From assembly GCA_964248365.1 (NCBI GenBank), contig CAXTYC010000051.1, positions 1 through 30,188 of the forward strand: a stretch of 30,188 nucleotides of DNA. Direction: 5' to 3'. How positions within the stretch are numbered: position 1 is the first letter of the stretch; the number at the start of each line of letters is the position of its first letter. The notes below the pieces were generated by a model. It was given only the letters and a program-made list of their open reading frames with translations. It ran no database searches and had not been told where the DNA came from. Made by a program: the position numbers and the translations under genes. Of this stretch, positions 20,690 to 30,188 are shown piece after piece. Source of the DNA: an uncultured Chroococcidiopsis sp. (lineage in GTDB: Bacteria > Cyanobacteriota > Cyanobacteriia > Cyanobacteriales > Chroococcidiopsidaceae).

Positions 20690-22531
20690 ATGCTTCCACC
20701 AGAAGATCAAAAAGCATCTGGGGATAAAGGCTTTAAGTATTTCAGCAACGGAGCTTTGCCAAATGCTTACCCCCTCCAGACTTATAATCGAAAATATTAT
20801 AGCAGCTCTCTAATGTCCAATAAAATCGCTGCGCTTGAGCGACAAGATCAACGATGGGAAAATCATTCAGTTAGCGATTCAAATAAACCAAGTGCGATCG
20901 CTTCTGCAAGAAAACCGCTGACAAATCAGCGCAGCTCTCTAATGTCCAATAAAGTCGCTGCCCTTGAGCGACAAGAAGATCTACAATGGGGAAACCATAA
21001 TCCAGTCACCCATTCAAGTCCTAAAACTCCACCTAAACCTATTCCAGGTAGTGCAGCGGATCTCCCCGAAGCACGTAAAAAACTTCAACAAGCCCGCAAC
21101 ACGTACCAAGCCTTTGAAGCGAACCGGACGATAACGAACAGGGGTAGACTCAGGGAGATGGAACTACAGGATCTCCAGCAAGACATAAGTAGCGCCAAAC
21201 TACGTGTTGATGCCAGCGAAAAAGCCAAGCAACTTCAGGATTTTGCAGCGAATCGGACGATATCAAACAAAGGTAGACTCAGGGAGATGGAACTACAGGA
21301 TCTCCGGCAAGAGACAAGTAGCGCCAAACAGAGATACATGAATAGTCAGGGACTAGATAGTTCTGGACAACCGATTAAACTTACACCTCCAGCCCCACAG
21401 CAGTCAAAGCCAGAGCCTGAAAAGAGTTGGTGGGATAGGGCGCGGGATTCTGTCACGGAAAAGGCAAGTAACGCATGGGATAAAACAAAGAGCGCGGGTA
21501 ATTATGTTAAGGATCATGCACAAACCATTGGTCATACTACCTTAGATGCAGCAGGGTTAGTCCCAGGATTAGGCGCTGTCCCAGATTTGATTAATGCTGG
21601 TTGGTACGCAGCTGAGGGAGATAAAGTAAATGCTGCTCTCTCAGCCGCCGCTGCTGTTCCCTTTGTTGGCGATGGAGCTATGCTAGTGAAGTATGGAGCT
21701 AAGGCTGTTAAGGGCGTAGAAAAACTTGCTGAAGCAGAAAAACTTGCGAAGTTTGCCGATAATGGAGGTAGTAAGACGTATATCACATACGCTCTAAGGA
21801 ATGAAAAAACAGACGCGATAGGATACGTTGGACGTGCAAGCGGTAAAGGAACGCCTGAAGAAGTTTTGGCGCAAAGACTTGCTAAAGGACATCACATCAC
21901 TAAGGAAAATCCCGAACTTCAAGAGTTCAAGCCGGAGGTTATAGCAGTTCAGGGCAATCGCGCCGCTAACCGAGGTGCTGAGGATATATGGTATAACCGC
22001 TTTAGGCTCAGGGGAGAACCATTACGCAACGATCCGAAGTCACCTCCACTAAGTGATAAACTTTGGAAAGCCAAAAATATAGGCAGAAACAGAGTTGAAG
22101 CTTATCATTTTGATAAAAATGGATATACAACCCAAGAAGGCAGGAAATTGCTGAATCCGGTTGGTACTAAGGTTGCTGAAGCTGGTTTGGAGGGGAAAGG
22201 GTATAAGCCAAAGCCTGGTGAACGTACCTTTAGTGGCTATGTTGACAGGCAGCTTGAGGAGAAAAGTGGTGGTAAAGAAATTACGTCTCTGCGTCCCTCC
22301 GAAATTGAGATAAACCGTGCTGGACATAGTGGCACACATTCTATCGGCGATAGTAAGCCAGCGCATTTTCATTTGAGATACCGTGATGTCAATCCAGCTG
22401 ATGGTACGGTTCGTACAGGTATTAGTGATAAAAAGAATATAGTTGAAGCTGATTCATCAGCCAAGAAGCAAGTCAGCGAACTTTATAAGGCACTGGACAC
22501 GGGAAATTGGCGTACCAAAGGAAAGCGCTGA
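20690..22531 (+). CDS. Polymorphic-toxin-like protein: N-terminal repeats, pre-toxin TG-like domain, GIY-YIG-like domain, His-rich C-terminal domain
   Basis: AGGAG ribosome-binding site at 20676. Motifs GHTTLDAAGLVPGLGAVPDLINAGWYAAEGD..AALSAAAAVPFVG, YITY...YVGRASG...R...HH...RGAE, and GHSGTH...HFH. Confidence 0.8.
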   Translation: MLPPEDQKASGDKGFKYFSNGALPNAYPLQTYNRKYYSSSLMSNKIAALERQDQRWENHSVSDSNKPSAIASARKPLTNQRSSLMSNKVAALERQEDLQWGNHNPVTHSSPKTPPKPIPGSAADLPEARKKLQQARNTYQAFEANRTITNRGRLREMELQDLQQDISSAKLRVDASEKAKQLQDFAANRTISNKGRLREMELQDLRQETSSAKQRYMNSQGLDSSGQPIKLTPPAPQQSKPEPEKSWWDRARDSVTEKASNAWDKTKSAGNYVKDHAQTIGHTTLDAAGLVPGLGAVPDLINAGWYAAEGDKVNAALSAAAAVPFVGDGAMLVKYGAKAVKGVEKLAEAEKLAKFADNGGSKTYITYALRNEKTDAIGYVGRASGKGTPEEVLAQRLAKGHHITKENPELQEFKPEVIAVQGNRAANRGAEDIWYNRFRLRGEPLRNDPKSPPLSDKLWKAKNIGRNRVEAYHFDKNGYTTQEGRKLLNPVGTKVAEAGLEGKGYKPKPGERTFSGYVDRQLEEKSGGKEITSLRPSEIEINRAGHSGTHSIGDSKPAHFHLRYRDVNPADGTVRTGISDKKNIVEADSSAKKQVSELYKALDTGNWRTKGKR

Positions 22532-22671
22532 TGAATTTCCCCCTTGTGCATCATATTTATAAAATAGTAAAAACGTTTTACCAGGTAGAAAACTGCAAAG
22601 GAAAAACTAACTTTATAAGGTGCTACTGGTATCGGTGGACGAATCCTTGCATTCCAAAAATAATTTCTTAA
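22531..22671 (+). CDS. 46-aa ORF coupled to the toxin stop codon (candidate immunity gene or remnant)
   Basis: TGATG overlap; MNFPLVHHIYKIVKTFYQVENCKGKTNFIRCYWYRWTNPCIPKIIS*. It is not listed in the provided ORF track. Confidence 0.35.
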   Translation: MNFPLVHHIYKIVKTFYQVENCKGKTNFIRCYWYRWTNPCIPKIIS

Positions 22672-23072
22672 CTTTGGTTTGGCAGCAGATAGTCCAAAAC
22701 CCTGTCAAAACGTTCCAAAGCCGCGTTAGTAGTGCGCTGGAATTCTAGGGTAGAACGTTGAAACTCTTGCAGTTGAGTTTGTTGTGCCTCGTAGTTACGA
22801 GTTAATAACTGTACAACTGCTTCGAGTCTGTCAGCTTGCCCCTCTGTCCGGTTTAACGGTTCAGCTTGTTGGGTGAATAACCGCTGTGCTTGAAAAACAA
22901 ACTCATCCACCCCACCAGACACACGGTCAACTTTTTCTGTTAATTGGTCAAGCTGGTTTGGGGTGCGAGTCTGAGCGGCGGTTAAATCATCAACCTTGAT
23001 AGCCAGTTGGTCAAGGTGGTTTTGGATGCAAGTCTGAGCGGCGGTTAAATCCTCAACTTTTTCTGTGGTCAT
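22668..23072 (-). CDS. Coiled-coil hypothetical protein with 21-aa repeats
   Basis: KVEDLTAAQT..Q..LDQL unit repeated; AGGAG upstream of the ATG. Confidence 0.75.
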   Translation of the reverse strand: MTTEKVEDLTAAQTCIQNHLDQLAIKVDDLTAAQTRTPNQLDQLTEKVDRVSGGVDEFVFQAQRLFTQQAEPLNRTEGQADRLEAVVQLLTRNYEAQQTQLQEFQRSTLEFQRTTNAALERFDRVLDYLLPNQS

Positions 23073-23116
23073 GTGTTAATTTCTCCTTAGTATCTTTTTG
23101 CATTGGAGTTCATATC

Positions 23117-23735
23117 CTATCTGCCAAAATTCCCGTAATCAAAAATCTCTTGTACGGTTAAATTCAATTGGGGAAATGTTGGTGATTTAATACGTTCCCC
23201 TTTCCTAAACAGACTAACTTGATATTCGCCTTCCACTAGTTGATAAATCGAAACGGTTGGTTGTTTAGGATTGCCAATAAACCGCCTTCCACCCAAAGCA
23301 ACATAATCCACAATCCAATATTCACAGAATACCAATTTCCTCATAATCACCAGTATCAAGATAATCATCGCGCCAATTAGTACTGACAACTTCTACTACT
23401 AATGGAATTGATTGGGCGTAACTAACTGTTGATTGATTTTTCCATCTCGGTTCTGTTGCTAAATTAGGGCGGTTTAACAGCAGTACATCTGGCGAGTAAG
23501 CTGTTTCACTTTCAGGGGGTTTGACTAAAGCTGTTTTGGGGATACCGTATGGCAGGTTAAGGCGAGTATATTCTAAAGTGAATTTCTCAACCAAAAATGC
23601 GATAATCTCTTCATGGTCGCCCCCTGGTTGTGACATCTCAACAATTACACCCTTGTGTAATTCATAATGTCCGTTGTCTGGTTTCCAATTTGCAAATTCT
23701 TCAAAGGTTACTAGTTTAGGTAAAGCTTGAGTCAT
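23117..23735 (-). pseudogene. Uma2 (DUF820) family endonuclease, frameshifted near 23323
   Basis: YELHKGVIVEM, PDV and LVVEVVSTNWRDDY in one frame; EYWIVDY...SPTFPQLNLT in the next frame. Confidence 0.88.
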
Positions 23736-23825
23736 ATATACCTTTTGATAATTAATTTAATTTTTATCAATTATTTACTCATCAGATTATTTTTATTCAT
23801 CACCCTATTAGGAAATAGTTTATCT

Positions 23826-24004
23826 ACTGAGATCTTGCACCAAACTCATTTAATCCTATGTCCCGCCCGAAACTTAAGTTTCGGGCTAATAGCTCAAGTC
23901 TACTTCAGTAGACTAGAACTTCTTACTAGTCCTCTACAAGAGGACTAGAGCTATTAGCCTGTGATTTAAATCACAGGCGGTTGTTGCAAGTGCAAGATCT
24001 CAGT
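23826..24004. mobile_element. 179-bp MITE-like element with internal multi-hairpin
   Basis: Perfect 15-bp terminal inverted repeat ACTGAGATCTTGCAC (23826-23840 / 23990-24004), flanked by CT on both sides, with four internal palindromes. Confidence 0.75.
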
Positions 24005-24311
24005 CTAAAGACACGCCTAAAGTTAAAGCAGCATCGTCAATTGGGGATTTTCTCACTGGAGGCGACTACAACATCCCAATACTTCTTTTGTTAACGGCGG
24101 TTGAAACCGCATCTACACAGACGAAACCTGCCATTAGCTCTGGTTTCAAGATTCAGCTCTATGCTTTGTAGAAGCGATAAGCAGACTTTGTTTGTGTACA
24201 AGATGAACCGCGAATTCTATTCGTACTTGGCTTAACCTTACCAACGACCGAGAAGCATAAGAGCGATCGCACCGCATAACATTAAACTAAAGCTTCCCGT
24301 GTTAAGCTAAT

Positions 24312-25502
24312 TCACTTTCGAGAAAATACATCATCAACTTGCCGAGTAATCGGATCGAGTAACAAGCTAAGAATTGTTTTCTCCCGCAGCACAATTTCTC
24401 CAGTGACAAGCATACCTGGAGTTATCCTTCTACCTCTCAATAAATTTGTCTTGAGTTTAATCGTAGTTGGGAAAACCTGCTTGCCCGAATTATCCCTAGA
24501 TATATTTGGCCAAATATCAATCACTGTGCCATCAATTGTGCCAAATTCTTGATAAGGGAAGGTATCTATCTTTACCTTTGCCTTCATTCCTTCCTCAACA
24601 AATCCCCGATATTGACTTGGCAAATCAACTTCTAGCACAGGTTGTTCGTCTAGTCTACCTATTGGAGTAATTGAAAATAACTTCTCACCAGGTTGCACTG
24701 TACCTTGACTTAGGCTAACTTTAACATCAAAAACTGTGCCATCAATTGGAGCTATAATATTTTGATTCTGCAACTGGATTTGAGCTTTTTTTAAGTTCCC
24801 TTTAACAGAGTTCAATTCCGGCTCTCGCATGCTATCTTCAAAATTATATTGTTGTTTTAGTTTCTCGATCTCTTGCTTTTGAGCTTCCTGAAGTTTCTCT
24901 GAGTTAATTCGTTGAAATTGAGCCTCTTTACATTTTTCTCGGTAAGCACCAGGAAGTTCTTGGTAAACACTAGCGAAGAAAGGACACTCCTTTCGTTCAA
25001 TGAGTTTGGCATGTTCAAGGATCTTTCCCAGGCGGGTATATTCATCTTGCGCCTTCTTCATGTCTGCTTTATGCCTTTGTTCTGCTGCTTTGTTAGCCTT
25101 GCTCAGCGATTGGGCTTGTTTCTTTAGCGTTTCAATATCAACTTGGGAGGCATTTGAGTCAAGCACTATTAGGATCTCACCCTTTTGTACCTGCTGACCT
25201 TGTCTAACTTTAATATCTTTAATTTTGCCACTACTAAGCGATTGCACTGGCTGCACTTCTTGCCCACCAGCAGGAAGCACCTTACCAGGAGCAACAGCCA
25301 CCTCATCAACTTTGTAGAAAGCTGCCCAAGCGATCGCGCCAAATACTGCCAAACTTAAAGTTACCCCTACCAATCGCGTATACAATGGCGGTAACTTTTT
25401 AACTGCCTGAGCTAATTCATAATCTAAGTAAGCGTCTGGATTGGCAAATTCCTCTCTTGTTTGTCGAGTTTGAGCTGGAGTTGCTGATTCAAGATGCTTC
25501 AT
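24312..25502 (-). CDS. HlyD-family type I secretion membrane fusion protein
   Basis: Transmembrane helix, then VDEVAVAPGKV, coiled coil, IIAPIDGTV, KVKIDTFPYQEFGTIDG and PGMLVTGEI. Confidence 0.93.
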   Translation of the reverse strand: MKHLESATPAQTRQTREEFANPDAYLDYELAQAVKKLPPLYTRLVGVTLSLAVFGAIAWAAFYKVDEVAVAPGKVLPAGGQEVQPVQSLSSGKIKDIKVRQGQQVQKGEILIVLDSNASQVDIETLKKQAQSLSKANKAAEQRHKADMKKAQDEYTRLGKILEHAKLIERKECPFFASVYQELPGAYREKCKEAQFQRINSEKLQEAQKQEIEKLKQQYNFEDSMREPELNSVKGNLKKAQIQLQNQNIIAPIDGTVFDVKVSLSQGTVQPGEKLFSITPIGRLDEQPVLEVDLPSQYRGFVEEGMKAKVKIDTFPYQEFGTIDGTVIDIWPNISRDNSGKQVFPTTIKLKTNLLRGRRITPGMLVTGEIVLREKTILSLLLDPITRQVDDVFSRK

Positions 25503-25753
25503 ATTTTGTCGCCAATGTCAAGATCTTAATCATACCTAACCTGTGCTTTAAGAAAGCAGTTTGTTTATTGGTAATTGGTAATTGGTAATTGTGTGTACTC
25601 TGTTTCTTCCCCTGCACCCTCTGTCTTCTGGCTCCTGACGTGGGAGTCTTGATTCCTAAGTTGCCATACTAGAGCAATTAAAACAAAAGCTTCTGCACAG
25701 AGGGTAAGGCTAAAGAAATAATGAGTCGAAATACCCAAGAAATTGATAATAAT

Positions 25754-26417
25754 CTAGCTAGCTGTTAACCAAACAGGTAAGGATCTACCGTCTTGCCCGT
25801 GAATGCCCCGAAAAGCCCCGAAAAGCCCCCCAGCTTCCCCAACTGCAACAACAGGTAATCTTCGGGTGGCAATTACTAGACAGGAAACAGAGGCAATTAC
25901 CCTAAAAATTGCCAAGGTGTAATGACGCGCTTCTTGAGCCTGAAAGATACCGTAAGGAGAGACAGTCATCATTGCAGCTGCTAAATTGCTGACTAAGGGT
26001 GAGCGAAAAGCAAACCATGATCATCCGTGAATGGCTGGGATAGAAGCTGCACCAAAGATAGCACTAAGCGATCGCACCATTGCTATTGAAGCTAAACCAA
26101 CTGCATCAGTTGACAAACCCTGCATCCACCAATGAGCCAAGAAGAAATAAAGCGGGGGATGATTAGATTCGCTGGCGTAAGTTTTTTAGCACATCTGTTA
26201 ACCCAGCATTGGGGTTAGGGTGCAGCGGTTGCAATAAAACATCAAGAGCGATCGCGCGATCAAGTGGTACAGACTTAAAACTGTTACCCAGGCTAAAAAC
26301 CAAAGTGCAAAATTCATCTGTCCAAGACGGTTTTGCCGCTAAATTAGTAAAGCGTAAGACAGTGCCGATGAGTAGCCACACCAACAGCAGCAATGAAGTT
26401 TTGAGTAAGTATGTCAC
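25754..26417 (-). pseudogene. GT39/ArnT-like (GT-C) glycosyltransferase, frameshifted and 3'-truncated
   Basis: LRFTNL..K..WTDE, then ESNHPPLYFFLAHWW in a shifted frame, then QEARHYTL. It contains internal stops and lacks the C-terminal half. Confidence 0.85.
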
Positions 26418-26549
26418 TTGTTACCGCCATCCGTGAAGCTGCAATTTTACCCAAAAATTTACATCGTAGTAGACGCGATCGCGTTTTGATTGGTTGCCTA
26501 AGTATTCTATAACCAACTTAAAATTACCAACTTAAAATTAATTTATAAA

Positions 26550-27731
26550 GTGCATTATCTCGGTTGCCCTGTGACGACTAAAACTAAAATTGAAACAATT
26601 CTTGAGCGTGTGCTGTTGGCAGGTGATTTATCTGCAAAAGAGGGAGTAATACTGTTGCAGCAAACTGATCCTAATGCGATCGCTGCCATTTGCAATACAG
26701 CTGATAAACTCCGGCAAGAGCTAGTAGGCGATACTGTTACCTATGTCATCAACCGGAATATCAACTTTACCAACATTTGTGAACAGCACTGTAGTTTTTG
26801 TGCCTTTCGCCGTGATGCCGATGAAGAAGGTTCCTACTGGTTAGAAGAGGGGCAAATTCTGGAAAAAGTAACCGATGCAGTGCAAAAAGGGGCGACAGAA
26901 ATTTGTATGCAAGGGGGACTCAATCCCAGGGCTAAATTAAACGGTAAGTCGTTATTATACTACCTGCGGCTAGTAAAAATCATCAAAGATAAATTTTCTC
27001 AACTGCATTTACACGCTTTTTCTCCCCAAGAAGTGCAATTTATTGCCAGAATTGATGGATTGAGTTATGCCTCTGTAATTACAGCTTTAAGAGATGCTGG
27101 TGTTGATTCAATGCCAGGAACAGCGGCTGAAATTTTGGATGATCGAGTAAGGCGCGTTATTTGTCCTGAAAAGATTGACACAGCCACATGGTTAGAAATT
27201 GTCAGTACAGCCCATCAACTTGGTGTGCCGACAACTAGCACCATGCTTTCTGGACATATTGAGACAGCGATGCAGCAGATAGAGCATTTAGATAAATTGC
27301 GATCGCTACAACAAACTGCTATAGAGCAACAATATCCCGCCAGAATTACCGAATTCATTTTACTACCATTTGTCGGACAAGAAGCGCCTAAACCACTACG
27401 TAGTAGAGTTGGACGAGATCAACCAATTCTAGCAGATGCACTACTGCTAACTGCTGTAGCACGAATATTCTTAGGGCGTTGGATTCCTAATCATCAACCG
27501 AGCTGGGTAAAATTAGGACTTGCCGGAGCAAAAGAAGCATTGCAATGGGGTTGTAACGATATCGGCGGCACATTGATGGAAGAACATATTACCACAATGG
27601 CAGGAGCGATCGGCGGTACTTGCATGGAAGTAGAAACTTTACAAGCAGCAATTCAATCTCTAGGTCGTCCTTACCAACAAAGGGATACTCTTTATAGAGT
27701 GGCTAGTGGAACCAGTGGAACCAGTGGCTAG
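26550..27731 (+). CDS. cofH: FO synthase subunit CofH (radical SAM)
   Basis: [34 protein letters not shown] and [14 protein letters not shown] motifs. The start may be the GTG at 26571. Confidence 0.93.
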   Translation: MHYLGCPVTTKTKIETILERVLLAGDLSAKEGVILLQQTDPNAIAAICNTADKLRQELVGDTVTYVINRNINFTNICEQHCSFCAFRRDADEEGSYWLEEGQILEKVTDAVQKGATEICMQGGLNPRAKLNGKSLLYYLRLVKIIKDKFSQLHLHAFSPQEVQFIARIDGLSYASVITALRDAGVDSMPGTAAEILDDRVRRVICPEKIDTATWLEIVSTAHQLGVPTTSTMLSGHIETAMQQIEHLDKLRSLQQTAIEQQYPARITEFILLPFVGQEAPKPLRSRVGRDQPILADALLLTAVARIFLGRWIPNHQPSWVKLGLAGAKEALQWGCNDIGGTLMEEHITTMAGAIGGTCMEVETLQAAIQSLGRPYQQRDTLYRVASGTSGTSG

Positions 27732-27850
27732 AAAAAAGCAGCTCTCTTCTAGTCGCTGGTTCCACTAGTCACTAGTCACTGCTACTGATCCCCATTGCGC
27801 CAATCCAGGGTAGGATAAACTGTATTTCTGTCCCTTTTAACGTGATGTTT

Positions 27851-28249
27851 ATGAAGCGCTATTGGTCACGTCTGCTTGCCTTAGTATTGGTTGTAGTGGT
27901 TGGTTTAATGGGCTGTTCCTCAAACAATGTTGGTCTAAGTGGAGATTATCGCGGGGATACCCTAGCGGTGATCGATGTTTTGAAACAGGCGCTTGAAATG
28001 CCAGAAGATGCACCTAATAAGGCTCAGTTGCAAGCAGAAGCGCGGCAAAAAATTAATGATTTTGCAGCTCGCTATCAGCGAAATACTTCTTTAGCGAATC
28101 TCAGTTCCTTTACTACAATGCGAACGGCTTTAAACTCCCTAGCCGGACACTATAGCTCTTATCCAAATCGTCCTGTACCACAAAAGCTGAAGCAGCGCTT
28201 AGAGCAAGAATTCAAGCAAGTGGAAATGGCTGTTGCGCGTGGAAACTGA
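27851..28249 (+). CDS. psb27: Photosystem II assembly lipoprotein Psb27
   Basis: Lipobox LMGC; SFTTMRTALNSLAGHYSSYPNRPVP. Confidence 0.95.
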   Translation: MKRYWSRLLALVLVVVVGLMGCSSNNVGLSGDYRGDTLAVIDVLKQALEMPEDAPNKAQLQAEARQKINDFAARYQRNTSLANLSSFTTMRTALNSLAGHYSSYPNRPVPQKLKQRLEQEFKQVEMAVARGN

Positions 28250-28547
28250 AATGGGTTGGTAGTAGCACTGAGCAAAATGGGGCTGATGAATATGGCAAGC
28301 AGAATGCTGCTTGCCTACTTTTTTACCAACAAACTTGAAAATTGATAACTGGTAACTGGTAGTTGGTGGTTGGTAACTGATAACTGGTAACTGGTAACTG
28401 GTAACTGTCGCTGGTTCCTCTAGATAAAAAGCTGACAAAACTCAGAAATTAGGTTATCAAAGTAAAGATTAATTGTATATTTGTTAACTTAAACACCAGT
28501 CCAAGTAGGACTGGGACTTTCTTTTGTCCTTTTGTTGTGCTTAAGGA

Positions 28548-30065
28548 ATGTCCACCAATCAGCCCCCCAAATTCGTGCAACCTCTGCGTACTTGGCAACG
28601 CTTGCTCAGTGTCATTTTAACTGGTAGCCTGCTGAGCGCAAACTTTAGTATTCCAGCAAACGCACAAGTTACGGCTTCTTGTCAACTATCAGAGGCAGCA
28701 AAGCAGGAGAAAGAAAGTTTACTTCGTTCATCCATGCAAGGCGATCGCGCGGCAGGGGAACGCTACAACGAGCTTTTAGCCCGTCATAGTGACTCTTTAT
28801 GGGAGTGCCGTAATCGCACTTGGCCACAAATTCAAGCGATTTGGCTGCGCCTATATCCCTGTGACAGTAATCCTGGGGTACTCGATGAGATCATGGATCG
28901 AATTGTGAATCGTGGCTATAACTACGTTTATGTCGATGTATTTGCTGATGGGCAGGTGCTATTGCCTGCCCAGTCTAACCCGACTGCTTGGCCTGCGGTT
29001 GTGCGATCGCCAGCAGGCAAAAATATAGACTTATTAGCACAAGTGATTCAAAAAGGACACGAGCGGGGGCTAAAAGTTTACGCTTGGATGTTCCTGATGA
29101 ATTTTGGCTATTCCTATGGGCAGCGTCCAGATCGTCAAACAGTGCTAGCTCGTAATGCCAAACACCAGACAACCCTAGATGTAGTGGATAACGCTAGTCA
29201 AGTTTTTATCGATCCTTATAACTTACAGGCAAAACGAGATTACTACCAACTAATACAAGAAGTAATTCGCCGCCGTCCAGATGGATTTTTATTTGATTAT
29301 GTCCGCTATCCTCGTGGTATGGGGAGCGCTTCTGTAGTAGATAAAGTCCAAGACTTGTGGATTTATGGTGATGCAGCAAAACAAGCTTTACTGCAACGGG
29401 CGCTCAACAAAAAAGGGCAGGAAGTAATTCGACGATACATCAATAATGGTTCTTTATCAGTAGCAGATGTAAACGCTGCTGATAAACTTTATCCAGATGA
29501 AACAGAACCACTTTGGCAAGGTCGCACACCACCACCCCAGCTCCTTCAACTAGATAAAGCAGTTTTACCAAGTGCAACTGCAAGGCAACCTTCTCTACAA
29601 TGGGATTTATGGCAGTTGAGTGTAGCCCATGCTTTGCAAGGGATTTTAGACTTTGTAGCACTGGCAACTTCGTCTGTACAAAAACAAGGGATGCGATCTG
29701 GGTTAGTGTTTTTTCCAGATGGTAATCAAACTGTAGGTAAAGGTTATGATTCGCGCTTGCAGCCTTGGGATCGTTTTCCCACAAATAATGTAGAGTGGCA
29801 TCCGATGTCTTATGCTGCTTGTGGCAATGCTGAATGTATCACTGCATTAGTTAAGCGAGTGTTTAAGTATGCTCCTCCAGAAGCACAGGTAATTCCTGCG
29901 ATCGCAGGAGTTTGGGGACAAGCAATTAGTAATCGCCCGTCCCTAGAAGCACAAATGCGAGCTATTCACTATGCTGCACCACAAGTGCGGGGTGTAAGCC
30001 ATTTCGCCTTTTCCTGGCAAGAACCCCAGTTAGAAAATCAACGTAAGTCCTGTCGCTGGAAGTAA
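28548..30065 (+). CDS. Glycoside hydrolase-like family 10 (DUF187) secreted protein
   Basis: Signal-peptide-like N-terminus; IWLRLYPCD, GHERGLKVYAW and DGFLFDYVRYP motifs. Confidence 0.8.
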   Translation: MSTNQPPKFVQPLRTWQRLLSVILTGSLLSANFSIPANAQVTASCQLSEAAKQEKESLLRSSMQGDRAAGERYNELLARHSDSLWECRNRTWPQIQAIWLRLYPCDSNPGVLDEIMDRIVNRGYNYVYVDVFADGQVLLPAQSNPTAWPAVVRSPAGKNIDLLAQVIQKGHERGLKVYAWMFLMNFGYSYGQRPDRQTVLARNAKHQTTLDVVDNASQVFIDPYNLQAKRDYYQLIQEVIRRRPDGFLFDYVRYPRGMGSASVVDKVQDLWIYGDAAKQALLQRALNKKGQEVIRRYINNGSLSVADVNAADKLYPDETEPLWQGRTPPPQLLQLDKAVLPSATARQPSLQWDLWQLSVAHALQGILDFVALATSSVQKQGMRSGLVFFPDGNQTVGKGYDSRLQPWDRFPTNNVEWHPMSYAACGNAECITALVKRVFKYAPPEAQVIPAIAGVWGQAISNRPSLEAQMRAIHYAAPQVRGVSHFAFSWQEPQLENQRKSCRWK

Positions 30066-30188
30066 AAATAGGGGCTAGGGGCTAGAGGCTAGAGGAAGGG
30101 TAAAGGGTAAAGTTAATTTCCCCTGAAGCTCCCCTGCCCCCCTCTTCCCCCCAACCCCACTACGCGAGTGACCCCCCTGCCCCCCTAT

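Noticed and set aside
20802..21329. DGR template/variable repeat pair
   Set aside because: Both copies are in-frame coding repeats, the differences are not confined to adenines, and no reverse transcriptase is in the window.
21532..22372. Antisense ORFs within the toxin gene as antitoxins
   Set aside because: They are shadow frames with no recognisable motifs.

Overview
Cyanobacterial chromosome segment (many HIP1 GCGATCGC sites, 7-mer short tandem repeats, cpcS, nblB, psb27, cofH) with two accessory zones. Zone 1 (1-7000) is a layered mobile-element hotspot at tRNA-Val(GAC). It holds nested IS5/IS630/MITE remnants inside a Tn7-like terminus (2143-2253) that resembles a type V-K CAST left end and sits 61 bp from a GGTT PAM in a tRNA copy. 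Next to it is a decayed ~4.7 kb tyrosine-integrase island bounded by a 71-bp duplication of the tRNA. Zone 2 (17083-25502) is a type I secretion locus (parvulin-like PPIase, HlyB-like ABC transporter broken by one in-frame TAG, convergent HlyD). It encloses a 613-aa polymorphic-toxin-like gene (43-codon repeats, pre-toxin TG-like domain, two apparent nuclease tips) followed by a translationally coupled 46-codon ORF. The rest is ordinary housekeeping DNA with several pseudogenes and REP/REPIN-like repeats. Family assignments come from motif recognition by eye, not from database searches.
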